Source: Octopus bimaculoides
Taxonomy: Eukaryota
Assembly: GCF_001194135.2 (NCBI RefSeq)
Contig: NC_068982.1
Span: 75,434,279 to 75,498,278, forward strand
Direction of reading: 5' to 3'
Length of the DNA: 64,000 bases
The stretch's first letter is position 1, and every line of letters starts with the position of its first letter. Under the pieces are notes generated by a model, which saw only the letters and a list, made by a program, of their open reading frames with translations, ran no database searches and was not told the origin of the DNA. The position numbers were made by a program, and so were the translations under genes. Below are positions 42,101 to 55,844 of the stretch, one piece after another.

Positions 42101-42691
42101 TCCTGACATAAAAGCAATGCTCAAACAGACCTCTCTAGTACTGATGCCATGTGAGAAGCACTCAGTCCAATTTGTAAAGCAATTGGCTTTAGGGAGGGCA
42201 TCCAGCCGTAAAAACTATACCAAAACAGACAGTGGAACTAGGTGCTGTCCACTGACTTGCCAGTTCCTGTTGTTTGGTGGTGGTGGTGATGATGATGATG
42301 ATGATGCATGCAAGGTCAGATGGAATTTGTTGAGTCAGATTTTCTACAGAAGGATGAGCTTCCTGTCTCCAACCCTACCTACTCCCAAGTATGGTAATAT
42401 CTCCTATTGGTTGGATATATTTTCATGGAAGACTGGAAACAAATGACAGTGCTTGCCTGACGGTGACACTTGGTTATGACTATCATGCAAGGACATACAA
42501 ACACACATGCACAAACACATACAAAGGGCTTCTTTCAGTTTCTGTCTTCCACATTCATTCATAAAGTCTTGGTTGGCCTGGGGCTAAAGAAGACACTTAC
42601 CCAAGCTTCCGTACAGTGAGACTGAACCCAAAATCATGTAGTTGGAAAGTGAACTTCCTAACTACACAGCCAAGTCATGATGTATATGCGT

Positions 42692-42727
<36 letters not shown>

Positions 42728-43033
42728 TTTGTGTGTACAGTTAAAAGTACAACTAATGCTATATGAGTTAGAACTCCAGTCAATTTCCAGTATAGTGGTT
42801 AGTCTACCATTGTACTTAACAGTATTACTAGTTAAGGTATACAGAGGATATGTAATGGAAAATTAAGATAAACAAGTATAAATTATTACTTTCTACATAC
42901 ATTGATATATATATCACTGTGTGTGTGTGTATATATTGTGAGCTGAGCAATGAGGACTATGTGATTGCCCAATCAGAGCTGACTTGGATGAGAGTAGGCA
43001 ACACCACCATCTCACCTAAAGGACCCACTATAT

Positions 43034-43418
43034 CTGTGTTTCTTAACCTTTTTTTTTGGTAGTGCTCCCTCTTTTAAGTAGTAATGCTTAGTGCCCACCT
43101 AAGTGGCAAGTGAGGTATCATGACTAAACTAATTTAACGTGGATGACAATTTATAAATTTTATTCTAAAACTGGATAGTATAAGCTTTTAACAGTGAAAT
43201 GATAAAAAATTAATAGACAAAAGTTGTAAATTTTCTTCGTACATTGCAAATTAATGATTTCCCTGTGTCTGATGATATCTCATTTTATCTTATAATTACT
43301 ACTCTAGGTAAAATTTAGTATGTTAATTATGTTATTCACTGCTTCCTAAAGCCTAACACCCCCTTCGACATGCTTAGTGCCTCCTTGGGGGTGGTACTGG
43401 CCACACTGAGAACCTCTG
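43034..43418. mobile_element. hAT-like MITE
   Basis: Imperfect TIRs CTGTGTTTCTTAAC / CTGAGAACCTCTG. Confidence 0.45.
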
Positions 43419-44547
43419 CCCTAAATGGTTATTTAAACAGCTTTAAATAGCAGCCAAATCTTCCTCACATCCTACATTCTTATCAAATGAAGTGCACATT
43501 GTAGAATATAGTCTTAGATACAAGATGTATGAAAAAAAAGATAGGATGGTCACACCTCAAGTGTCTTTTCACTAGAGGTTTGCTCATTCCAAGCTGAGAT
43601 GGAACTAAACAACAACAATAGCTGTTATTTGGACCATCTGGTACTAACCAGCAATGGTAAAAAGAGGACAAAACATTTGCAGTATTAATCACTTTGTTTT
43701 GTCTAAAATAGATGGTATGGAGCACAATGCATGAGGAAATTGAATGATTACTGAGGATTTTATTGACGTGTTAGGGTTGGGAGCAAATCTGGGGATGGGT
43801 GAAATCTATGTAACAAGATGAAAGACAATCACACAGAGTTGCATGTATAAAATTGAGCGAAGTTAGAATTGTTCTGATTTGGAAGATAAGCTATGCAACA
43901 CCAACAACAAGCACTACTTCAGAAGAGAACCTTTACATGGTCATTCAATTTGCTAGAAAGAGCAACCAATTTGCTCAAAGTTTAGTACAGACATCTTAGT
44001 AGTATTCTCATTAAAAGAACCAAAACAGAAACTTATTTCTTCAGCTTTTATTCTTCTTTCTCCTGCCTATTTCGACTACTCCCTCACCTCACACTCTCTC
44101 TTTCTGTTCCTCACACACAATCTCTTTCTTTCACCATCCCTCACACACACACACACACACACTCTCTCTCTCTCTCTCTCTCCACATATATGATATGGTA
44201 TCCCATTTGGAAACAAGTGGGAGTGGCATCAGACATAAAAAAAAAAATTTTATGGGACAGACATAAAAGAAAATCTGTCCCAACATACTCGTTTGACCCA
44301 TCAAGCATGGAAAAGTAGACATCAAAACAATGATGATAATTTCTATTTGGGTAAAGAATGGAATTTATTTCCAGCAGAGATAAATCAAGTAAGGCACCAA
44401 AACATACCTTGTTTAGGAATAAAAATCACAATGGTCCTGAATTATTACTACATTTATTTCTTAGAAATCATGTTCCAAATTTTCCCAACTGCTTTACGTG
44501 ATGCAAATCCCAGTTTGAAATCCCTTATCCAAAGCTGGGTCTACTTA

Positions 44548-44945
44548 GGTGCAGGTATGGCTCCATGGTTAAGAAGCACACTTTGTGACCATATGGTTAC
44601 AGGTTCATTCCCACTGCACACTACCTTGAGCAAGTGTCTTCTACTATAGCCCGAGGCCAACCAATGCCTTGTGAGTGAATTTAGAAGGTGGAAATTGTGC
44701 GGAAGCCTCTCATATACAGGTGTGTGCATGTATGAACATCACTTTGTCTCTTTGTTATCATCCACTGCTTGACAACTGGTATTGGTTTGTTTGCATCCCA
44801 ATAACTTGGTGGTTTAGCAAAGGAAACTGATAACATGCGTACCAGACTTTAAAAAATAAGTACTGGGAGTAATTTGTTTAACTAAACACATCATGGCTGT
44901 GGCCCAGCATGGTCACAGTCCATTGACTAAAACAAATAAAAGAAG
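44548..44945 (+). mobile_element. SINE family B (GGCTGTGTGGTAAGAAGCTTGCTTCCCAACCAC head, internal microsatellite)
   Basis: Many copies, e.g. about 4330-4690 (-), 20605-20993 (-), 21095-21525 (+), 30275-30430 (-), 39110-39270 (+), 54925-55080 (+), 57975-58130 (-). Confidence 0.85.
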
Positions 44946-45196
44946 ATGTAGCACCTCTGCCAACAAAGCTAATTGCTTTGTTATCTACTTTGTTTCCACT
45001 TCTACACATACACACATATAATAAAATTCTTCTGGGGCTCACCTTCTTGTGGTCATCATTGTTAAACATGAGAGCATCTCAGCTCCCTTTAACCCAATCA
45101 GTCCTGAGTGTTCTTTCTAACATTTTCAAGTAGTGTGTTCTCCTGTCCTCACCAAATACATCACCTGTTCTCTCTTAGTGAATATTTATTCTAACT

Positions 45197-45491
45197 TAGT
45201 GGTTCCCAAAGTGGGTGGTATGCCTCCCCACCACTCGAGGGGGGGGGCGTTGAAAGATCTAGGGAGTGCTGAAGAAAAGTGGGGGCGATAATAGGGTGGC
45301 CAAAAGTGGGTAAAGGATGTAAAAACAACAATATAATGGGTTAGTTACATTATGTTTTATTTGTGAAAATATTGTTTTGAATTTGCCGCAGAAAGTGGTT
45401 TATGTTTGTGGTGGTGAGTGTGTGTGGGAAGGCTAGGAATATGTCCCAGGTGCCAAGAGGGCAGCAGCCCTTAAAAGTTTATGAATATTTA
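45197..45491. mobile_element. hAT/Charlie-like MITE
   Basis: Left end TAGTGGTTCCCAAAGTGGG, degraded right end, and 8-bp TTCTAACT/CTCTAACT flanks. Confidence 0.55.
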
Positions 45492-48189
45492 CTCTAACTT
45501 ATGAAGACCTATAACAACATGCCCCATACACAAAAGCAATCACTTTGATTGTTACAACACCTAAACCTATCACTCCAACTCAAAAATATTTTAAACAGTT
45601 ATAACTGACCACCTCATGGATTCCTTTCCTAACTCAGTAATCAGCAGAATAGATTTCAGAATGGGGTGACTGGGCAAAACTGTTTGAACATAAGCATTTG
45701 GTACAACTGGCTGGATATTCAGTCTGTTTTGGCGACAGTCCTTCTTGGTGCTACACACACATACATACACAATGTATGTGTGTGTGCATGCACAGAAATA
45801 TACATCATCATCATCATCATCATCATCATCGTTTAACGTCCGCTTTCCATGCTAGCATGGGTTGGACGATTTGACTGAGGACTGGTGAAACCGGATGACA
45901 ACACCAGGCTCCAATCTGATTTGGTAGAGTTTCTACAGCTGGATGCCCTTCCTAACGCCAATCACTCAGATAAAAAGTGCGCAAGAGAGAGAGGGTGTGA
46001 AGAGACTGTAATATATCAAATAAACACTGTAATATATTAATTAAGTAAAGGGCAGCAAGCTGGCAGAATTAATAGCATGCCAGGTGAAATGCTTAGCAGT
46101 ATTTCGTCTGCTGTTACATTCTAAGTTCAAATTCCGTTGAGGTCGATTTTGCCTTTCATCCTTTCGGGGTTGATTAAATAAGTACCAGGTACGCACTGGG
46201 GTCGTTATAATCGATTTCCTTTGTCTGTCCTTGTTTGTCCCCTCTATGTTTAGCCCCTGTGGGCAATAAAGAAATACATATTTTAATTAAACATGAGTGG
46301 CACAAAGCTTTCCCAAAATGTTAACAGGCCTAACTTACATAAATATGCCACTGTTATTATTGAAATTTGACAACACCTGATAATATATCTTGACATGACA
46401 ACCTACTCTTCTTCAGCATCAGGTGGGTGGGGAAGTAGACTGGATTGGGGCCCAGAGAGTTAAAGAAGGGTTCATAAATATTTGAAGATCTGAGGGGCTC
46501 CACACTTAAAAAAAAAGAAAGAATTTTGAAAAGCCCCCCTCCTACTTCCGGTAAGTGCCTCTAAAAGCAGTTTTGTTTTACCTTACAAAATTACTCTTGG
46601 AGGTCCTGTTTAGGATAATGTAAAGGCAGTCAGTCTGCGGATGAAGAAAACAAGCCCATGATGCATATCCTGCATTCAGTACACATTATTGCAACAATTG
46701 TAGCATTGCACTTGGTGCACCATCATCTCCCCTTCATTGCAGAATCTGGAGGATGAAATTCAGTAAAGATGACAAGTAGAAGAGACAGTAGGGCAGTGGC
46801 GGTGGTACATAGCTTGCTTATTCAGAATAGAAGCTGCAATAATTATGAATAAGAGGCATATAGATAACAGTGTGTCTGTTGACTTGTTACTGGTTTTAAT
46901 TCATTGATGAATAGTGATTTAGCAATCAAAAGATGACTTTTCTTGATGCTGCAGTTCTGAGTGTCTAAGGTGTAACATTGGCACCACTGCAAGTATGTGC
47001 AAACTCATACAGAACCCTTCCAACTCAGGCATTCCCATGTTCAGTGTTCTATCAACTCACTCATCTTTGTGTGATTCCCTATTAACTCAACCATCCTCGC
47101 TCACTTTATTTATACTGTAACCCAAACATTTACTTAATCTGTAAGTATGAAAAATTAACAGATGAGTTTGATGAACCACTAGGAAAACTCTCTATTGAAT
47201 TTTCTATACATTCACAAATAGGAAAGAAGGAACGGATGAGATGTAGACTCAGTAAACCATAGAAGTAAAGAAGAACCAGTTATTCTGCTAAGAGAAACTG
47301 GTAATTCTGAATAAAAATTAATACCAGGTAGAAGACACACTTTAGTCTCGTTGCAGACAACTTTTCTAATGGGGGTGACATGATGAAATACATCCAGCCT
47401 AATTTGTGAAATTGTTGGCCATAGGATGGGCAACCAACCAAAAAACCATCCACACCAAACATATGAGACACAATAACAAATATTTGTAGTTCCTCCATTG
47501 TATGTGATAGCTGATAGACTGCAACAAGTGGTGAGGTGCTTTAAGATTGGTCCAACTCATGTCAGGGAAAATAAATGTTAAAATGAAATGATGAAGTTAA
47601 CATCTGGACACCACAAGAAACAAATTAACAATAACCTTAAATTGATCTATGCTAGTCTCTTTAGAGAGAGGAACACATCATAACATTAAGAATATTCATT
47701 TCAAATTTTGGCACAAGGTCAGCTTTTTGAGGAGGCGTGGGGCAAGTCGATTACATCGACCCCAGTTCTCAACTGGCTTTTTATTTTATCGACCCCAGAA
47801 GGATAAAAGGTAAAGTCGACTTCAGTGGAATTTGATCTCTCAACATGAAGACAAGACAAAATGCCGTGATGCATTGTGCCCGATGTGCTAACATTTTTGC
47901 CAGCTCACCACCTTACAATATTAAGAATATTAATTGAATATGTCCCTCCTCATGGAGGTTTGGCGGTCTCAGACACAACCACAACACCTTACTACACACT
48001 GCAGTCTCATGCTGCAGCCATAAGTCCTCCCCATCCAGTCCTTGCTGCCAACATTCCATCTCTTTGTCACTTGCAAGCCTGTTTTTCTGTCCACCTAGCC
48101 CCAAAAGATGTGAACAGGGAGGTGGTGATAATGCAACCAGAATATTATAGTTTTCACTGACTGACCATTAGTACCAACTTTTTTTTCTG

Positions 48190-48430
48190 GTGACATCTCT
48201 TCCAGAATTGAATCATTCATTCTATAGCCACCCAACTTCAGTAGAATTCTCAGCAAAATCTTGTAGGTGTGGCTGATGAAAGCTATGGTACAGTGCTCTG
48301 CTCCAGTTCTCTATATTTTGAGTGTTCAGACAGGAATGGTGAACTTTTCTGTATCTGGTTGATGATATGGTATCATGTAACAAAATGCAGGAAGGAAGGT
48401 AATAGGAGGAACCCATCTTTGTATTCCTGC
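48190..48430 (-). mobile_element. Old LINE RT-start fragment (RTE/BovB-like)
   Basis: ...TIAFISHTYKILLRIL...ILEEMSP resembles the RT N-terminal TIALISH..K.LL.I motif. Confidence 0.5.
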
Positions 48431-49626
48431 CACATAATTTGCAGGACATAAACACAGTTATTGTTAAGGAAGTCACTAAGGGTTGTTTGTTGACCTGATG
48501 GCATGGAAAGAAGGACATTCAAGGTAGTGTAAGAAATTCAGAAATGTTGGACATGAATATCTTCTTTTATCTTTCACTTGTTGGACTGTGACCAAGCTGG
48601 GGCACTGCCTTGAAGGGTTTAGTCAAAGAAACTGATCCTAGTACTTATTTTTTTAAGTGTGGTATTTATTTTATTGGTTCCTTTGCAGATGTAAACAAAC
48701 CAACACCAGTTGACAAGTGATGGAAAGTCAAATACAAACACACATACTTATATACATATACAATGGGTTCCACGCAGTTTCCATCTACCAAATTCACTCA
48801 CAGTACATTGCTTGGCCAGAGCCGATAGTAGAAAACAGTTGCCTAAGGTGTCAGGTAGTGGGAGTGAACCCAAATCCACATGGTGACAAAGTAAGCTTCT
48901 TAACCACAGCCATGGCTGCATCTGTCTAGAAGATTAAGAAATGTTGGATGTATTACAGAGAATGAATTAAAAACAAAGAAAAAATATTTCTCATAGATTT
49001 GGGATAAACGGTTGTATCATGTGTGTATGTGTGAGAGAGAGAGAAAGAGAGAGACAGAGAGAGAGAAAAAGAGAGTGTGTTAGGTGTAGTGTGGCTGGAT
49101 AGTTAAGAAGTTTGCTTAGCAACCACAAGGTCTTGAGTTCAATCCTTACTGCATGGTATTTTCTAAAGCCTTGAGCCAACTCATATCTTGCATGTGAAAA
49201 TGGGTAGATGGGAACTATAGAAACCTGTTGGTTGGATTGTATCAATGATTCTAAAAGGTACAGCCTTGTCTAACACGCTGTGTCACACTGATTCTGCTTG
49301 AGAATTACGTTAAGAATACATGTCTGTAGAATACTCAGCCACTTATTTTATCAAATCAGGAGCAGGTAATTCAGTTGATTGAACAACTGAGTCTTCATTG
49401 TCAAATGATGGAAGCTTGCAACCAACATGAATGTGTATATATGGCTGTGTGTGTGTGTGAGCTTGACAAAAGCACAAAAAAAGAGCTCAGTATATGAAGG
49501 TTGAGAAGAATAATATATTTTGTTCAAGAATGGAAATGCAGAAGTCCCAACACTGAGCCCATTGCAGTGTTTGCCTCATTGAAACAGTGTCCTAACCCTC
49601 TGTCCTAACATAATCAGATGCTTTAA

Positions 49627-49836
49627 CCCTTTAGCATTCAAACCGGCCATATCCAGCTCAAATACTCTAAATGTTTTATGTACAAACTGGCCAGATTAGA
49701 CCTCTCACACCTGCCCAACAATGTCATTCTAACAGTAAGTTATCACAGCGTTGAAATCTCATAGCTATGAGATAATGCATGATTAATTCAAAACAATATG
49801 AATTATATTTGACAGAATAATCTGAATCCTAAAGGG
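49627..49836. mobile_element. piggyBac-like MITE
   Basis: TTAA|CCCTTTAGCATTC...GAATCCTAAAGGG|ATAA. A related right end lies at about 40775-40803. Confidence 0.6.
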
Positions 49837-50756
49837 ATAATTATTTCTAATTAGATTAACTCATCAAGTTCTTAATTATGTTTATTTCAAAAACAGATGT
49901 AACATCCATAGCTTTCCCAGCATTGACCAAGCTGGACCTTAGGTTAATGAAGTTCCAACCGTGACCATTCTATCTTCTCAAACACAAATGCATTCAGGAC
50001 CATATAATAATTTTTAAAAAAATGTCCTTCCTTTTTTTAAATGGTAGGTTTGTTTTGAAGAAGATTTAGCAGCTCTTTCTAGTTGGTCAAGTAATACCAG
50101 GTGAAGTGGAAAAATAAAGATTCCATTCATGGAACTGGAACCATGTAGCAGACACGGATCCACAGCAGTCACCTTCGTCTGTATCCTTCACTGTGTTTAT
50201 GGTGTATGTCATATTATTCCATGGAATGGAATAATCCTGAAGCAGCATGTACTACGTACCAGTGCGTTAAATATGACATCAACAATGTTAATAACACTGA
50301 TGTTGTGGTTGTCAGCATCGTTATTGATTAGTAATCAATCGATACTAATCATCATTACTATAATTACGAGTATTAGTTTCAAATAGCTTTATGCAATAAT
50401 GCCATTCTATACATCCTGAAGGACACGAAGACGAAACAGGAAAAAAAATCCGGTATTATGAACTAATAAGAATATATCCACGCACATATACATACATGTG
50501 TGTATATATACATACACACAAACATATATGTGTATATATACACTCACATATATATATACATAGTGTATAACTAACAAATAGCCATCTACACACACCCCCA
50601 GACGCAAAGTCTACGGAAGGTAGGTGGCATCCAAGTACGTACAGTGTCCACACACATACATTACATATTACACGGATAACATGCTATATATACACAAACA
50701 CACATACACGCACTAGCAAATGCAGAACGCATGTAGTATACACACACGGTGTACAT

Positions 50757-51010
50757 CAGAGGTTTTCAACTGGGGTCCACACGACCCTTTTGGGGTCCAC
50801 ATGAGATTTTGTTGGTAAAATTTCATGTACGTTATATTGGTTTTACTTCTACAAAACACAAAATATTTCAACATTTTTTTTTCTTATACGACATTTAATT
50901 ATAAGAATATAATAGAATTTTTTTCAAACATCGAATGGCTATAGAAGTCCAATAGAGTAATCTGGGAATCAAAGGGGTCCATGGGCAAAACAAATAGCTG
51001 AAAACCACTC
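50757..51010. mobile_element. hAT-like MITE
   Basis: Imperfect TIRs CAGAGGTTTTCAAC / GCTGAAAACCACTC with GGGGTCC subterminal motifs. Confidence 0.5.
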
Positions 51011-51297
51011 GTGTATATAATGTGAATGGGGAGAAATGTTCAGGGTTTGTCATTTACACACATGGATTCTCTTATTTGTGCAGATATAATATTATTAAAC
51101 GAAATTTTCTTTATTATAGTATGGATGAAGTAAATAGCCGTTCCTCCACTGTCCGCCATTTCCAAACACCACTACTATCATCATTATCACTGCAACTGCC
51201 ACCACTACCATCACCACCGTCTAAGACATCCGGGAAGAACACGGACAATTGCAACAGTAATACAGCTTCCCAAACCTGACAGCAGCGGCCAGACGAG

Positions 51298-51335
<38 letters not shown>

Positions 51336-51398
51336 TAACAATAGTAGTAGTAGTTCTGATATAACGGCATTTCATTTACCTAAACAGCTGTGTATATA

Positions 51399-51438
<40 letters not shown>

Positions 51439-51736
51439 AAAACACAACTCCGTTACAATTGCTTGTATGCAATAGGATATACAGCGCGCGCGCTTGTGTG
51501 CGCACACACACACACATATATATATGCATGCATACATACATACATACATACATACAGATAACTGTTGAAAATTGCAAACATGAATTTATTGCAGGCAATA
51601 AAATAATAAGTAATGAAAATAGTCATATGTACACACACCCTGTAAAACATATAGCTTCATAAGTATATGCGTGCGTGTGAATGTTTGTGTGAAGGAATAT
51701 TACCGGATATATATACATATATGTATACACACACAC

Positions 51737-51783
<47 letters not shown>

Positions 51784-52891
51784 ACCTGCGTATATACGCG
51801 TGTACGCACATTTCTCTGTGCAAGACATATATATACCTATATATATAAATATATGCATGTGGTTAGGTGGGTGTGTACATGCGAAATCGTATATACATTC
51901 TTAGAATGATCATTTCTCCTAAACAGGGATCAATCATAAATTTAAATGACCAGACAAAATACAATATGTATATACACACATATAGATGTTTGTATGTGTG
52001 CGTGTGTATAAATATACATACATATGTAAGTGTATTCATATATGCATATTGATACAAGACTCACCAATCCGTACTTATAGAGAAAGAGGTCAACTATGAA
52101 TACATACACGTCTCCCTATATGCATCCTATATATATATATATAATATATATACATGCATACGTATACGCTATATTGGTTTCTACAGACATATAGTCACAC
52201 AAACACACAAAACGAGCGAATGTGAATGTTTATTCACATATAAACGATGTTACAATATATACACACTTCAGCCTGTTACCTCATATATTACAAGCAATAT
52301 CCACTCCTATACGTAAATGCCTATATATAGCCAGTAAACTGTGTATATAATGCCTATATGTATATAAGCTATCTACGATTATATATACATTTATAAAGAC
52401 CAAGTTTCATTTGTATAATATATATACAGAAATATATATTTAGTCAATTGCAGATGTAAAAAAATAATAACAATATACATAAATAGTGCACTCTTTACAC
52501 GCACACAGATCTATAGACATTTATATATACATGCACACTAAACAGACACGTTTTGTTCACCAATAATTTCAATACACATACACACATCATTGCATATTAT
52601 TACAAACAGTATGCACACAAACAAAAAGATTTATATATATACACACATATAAACAGACATATATAATACATACGCATAATTACAGACACATATCTATATA
52701 TATTTACATATACGCGTATAAGTATGTAGATATATACACACATAAACACCAGACAGGTGCACGAAAATCGAATTCTAGAGAAACGATAAGACAGACAAGC
52801 ATTTATGGACGTCGGAGGAGAGAGAGATAGGTAGATAGAGAGAGAGAGAATGGTAAAACCAGAAAAACAATAAAAGAGAACTGCTACTCAC

Positions 52892-53009
52892 TGTCGATAT
52901 CATTCAGTTTGGCTTTTTCATCTTCCAATTTAGCTTTGAGTACATCAGCCTCCCTTGTCAAGGCATCAATACTTTCAGAAGGGTTGGCACTCAGAGCATC
53001 CGTGGCCAT
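52892..53009 (-). CDS. GNB5: GNB5 first coding exon (N-terminal coiled coil)
   Basis: Reverse complement reads ATG at 53009: MATDALSANPSESIDALTREADVLKAKLEDEKAKLNDID + 1 nt, then donor GTGAGT. It resembles vertebrate Gbeta5 [37 protein letters not shown]. 118 nt, phase 1. Confidence 0.95.
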
Positions 53010-53126
53010 GTTCCTTTCTTTGAGCGTGGCGGAGAAGAAATAAAATTAAATGAAATAATTGAGTGTGTGCCGCTTTTTATCGGATGGAACGATGAATGGA
53101 TAGAAGAATGGATGAATGGGAACTGA
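53010..53126 (-). promoter_or_regulatory. Putative GNB5 5'UTR / start region
   Basis: Unique, CpG-retaining sequence directly upstream of the ATG, with an Inr-like TCAGTT at 53126-53121 (minus). The TSS position is a guess. Confidence 0.3.
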
Positions 53127-54249
53127 CGGGAAGGAGAAAGCAGCGACAGGCTTTCTTCTTCTTTACTGCAGATATATACATATACATATATAAATATATA
53201 TGAGAGTATGTGTATATATAAATATGTATTTGTGTATGTATTATCAATATAAATGTACGTATGTATGTATATATATTTATGGATGTATATATGTATAGCT
53301 ATGTTATATTAGTATGTATGTATATTGTGGGTGAGACTGATGAATATGAGAAAGAGGAAGCTTTTGATGAGAGGAGAGGCAGAGGGAATAGAGAAAAGCC
53401 AAGAGTGACTGAGTATAAGAGAGGGAAAAGGGATAGGAAGAGAGATAGAGAGATACAGACAGCGAGAAACAGAGACTGAGTGAGAGAGAAAGAATAAGAA
53501 AACAGGTAGCGGAAACAAAACGAGCTGGAAGAGAGAAAAGAACAGAGAGGGATAGATAGATAGAGAGCGAGAGAGAGAGGGGGCTGGAGTGAGAGAAAGA
53601 AACGACAGACAGAGAAATTTAAAAGAGAAAGGGAGTGAAGAAGAGGGAAAGGGATAAGCTAGAGGCAGAGTTAGAGGAAGGGGAGATAAAGAGCGCCAGA
53701 GAGATCGAGAGAGAGGGGAACTACAAAAGAGAGCCAATATTAGTGACAAACGGATAAAGAGACGGAGAGGGAGAGATCGAAAAGAAGAAATTAAAGAGGT
53801 GGGAGGAATGGAAAAATAGATTGAGTCTATAAAGGAGCTGAGAAAGGGGGAACGACAGAGAGAGAGAGAGAGAGAGAATGTAAGAAGGTTGAGTCGGAAG
53901 GAAAAGAAAAATAGAAGGAAAATATGAGAGAAAGAGAAAGTAAGGAAAAGCAACAGGAACAAGATTATATATCTGGATAGACAGACACACACACACACAC
54001 ATATCTATATACATACACGCGCACGCATTCATACACACATGTGTGTGTATGTGTATGTGTGCATGCATTGATAGATGAATTTAAAATTTTAGCTGTGATC
54101 CACTAAAATCTAGTTTAATTCTTCTCCTTATTTGGGAATTGATTCAAGATCTTGAATAAAAAAAAAAAGAGAGAGATAAATAAAATGTAACAATATTGAA
54201 ATTTTATATTTAATGTTTTCTCAGGTGTAAATTTTGCTACTATACAACA

Positions 54250-54800
54250 GACGTGCACATCATGCATGCATACAAATACATACATGTATACATATACACA
54301 TACATACATACATACATGCATGCATACATACATACAAACATACAAAGTTGCATACACATATATATTTATACATGCATGTATGCATACACACAAAGATACA
54401 CATACATACACCAACGCATATATACTTACATGCATATATATATATATACAAAGATACATACACATACATACTTTTACGTACATGCATACATACATACAAA
54501 AATGCATACACATACATCAATGCATATATACTTACAGACATATATGCATCCACACAAAGATACACATACATACACCAATGCATATATACTTACATACATG
54601 CATATATATATACAAAGATACATACACATACATACTTTTACATACATGCATACATACATACATACAAAAATACATGCACATACATCAATGCATATATACT
54701 TACAGACATATATGCATACATAAATTACTCTCACACATACATATGCATGCATAGACACACAAAAACATATACACATGCATGCACACACATATGCAGACAC
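54250..54800. repeat. Low-complexity minisatellite with ~164-bp higher-order repeat
   Basis: CAAAGATACACATACATACACC recurs at 54391 and 54555. Confidence 0.8.
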
Positions 54801-55211
54801 ACATCTATGTTAAGTGGACCCTGAAAAACCAGGGGGTTGATATATGTAGTGGGTAGATCAGTGAATCGGAAACTATTACTAAACGTCTCTCCTGTTGACT
54901 GTTATACATGTATGTGTGTGTGCGTGTGGCGGAGGTATGGCTGTGTGGACAAAATTTTGCTTCCCAACCACATGGTTCCGAGTTCAGTCCCACTGTGTGA
55001 CACTTTGAGCAAGTGACTTCTACTATAGCCTTGGGCCAACTAAAGTGGATTTGGTTGACAGAAACTGAAAGAAGCTGTCATACATAATGAAGTGTTTACT
55101 GAAATATCTATCACAGAGCTTCAAAGAATCATAGAGGTGAAACGCACATAAGAACTTTAAAATAAACCTGTGTATATTATTATTTTTCTTGTGTGAATGT
55201 ATATACTTTGA

Positions 55212-55271
<60 letters not shown>

Positions 55272-55844
55272 TACACTTTGTTTAATATTTATATTAATCA
55301 AACTGTAACAGTATTATATATTCATTACAGTCATTCTTACCTATCAGTTTCATACTAGATATTAAACCAGATGTTAGATAATAGTAATGTTACGTAATAC
55401 TACATGCTTGTCAGAGCCAGCAGACATGGGGAAAATGTGGCAAGCATATGGTCATACATAACTGTGCTGTTATCTAACATCTAGTTTAATACCCATTAGG
55501 AAACAAATTTGTTGTAATGAATATATGATACTGTGTACCCACTCTGCTGATGGATGTACAAGCGCATATTTTTTCTGGCTTATAGATTTGTTTTATACAT
55601 ATATGTTGGTGTGTGTATGTGTATATGTATATATGTGTCTTTGTGTGTTATTGTCTCCTTGCCTTTACATTGCATGAAGGCTGCAAGTGTCATACAAGCA
55701 TTGTCCTTTGTTTCCAGTTTTCTGAGAAAATATGTCTGGCTATGGTGAAATATTACCTCTCTTTGGAAATTTGAATGTTGGTGACTGGTAGGGCATCTGG
55801 TCATGGGAAACCCACCTCAACAAATCCTGTCTGACCCATGCAAA

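Noticed and set aside
46575-46750. Strong minus-strand acceptor (…ttcatcctccAG) with a downstream GT
   Set aside because: All three frames stop early. It could only be a non-coding or poison exon, and nothing supports that.
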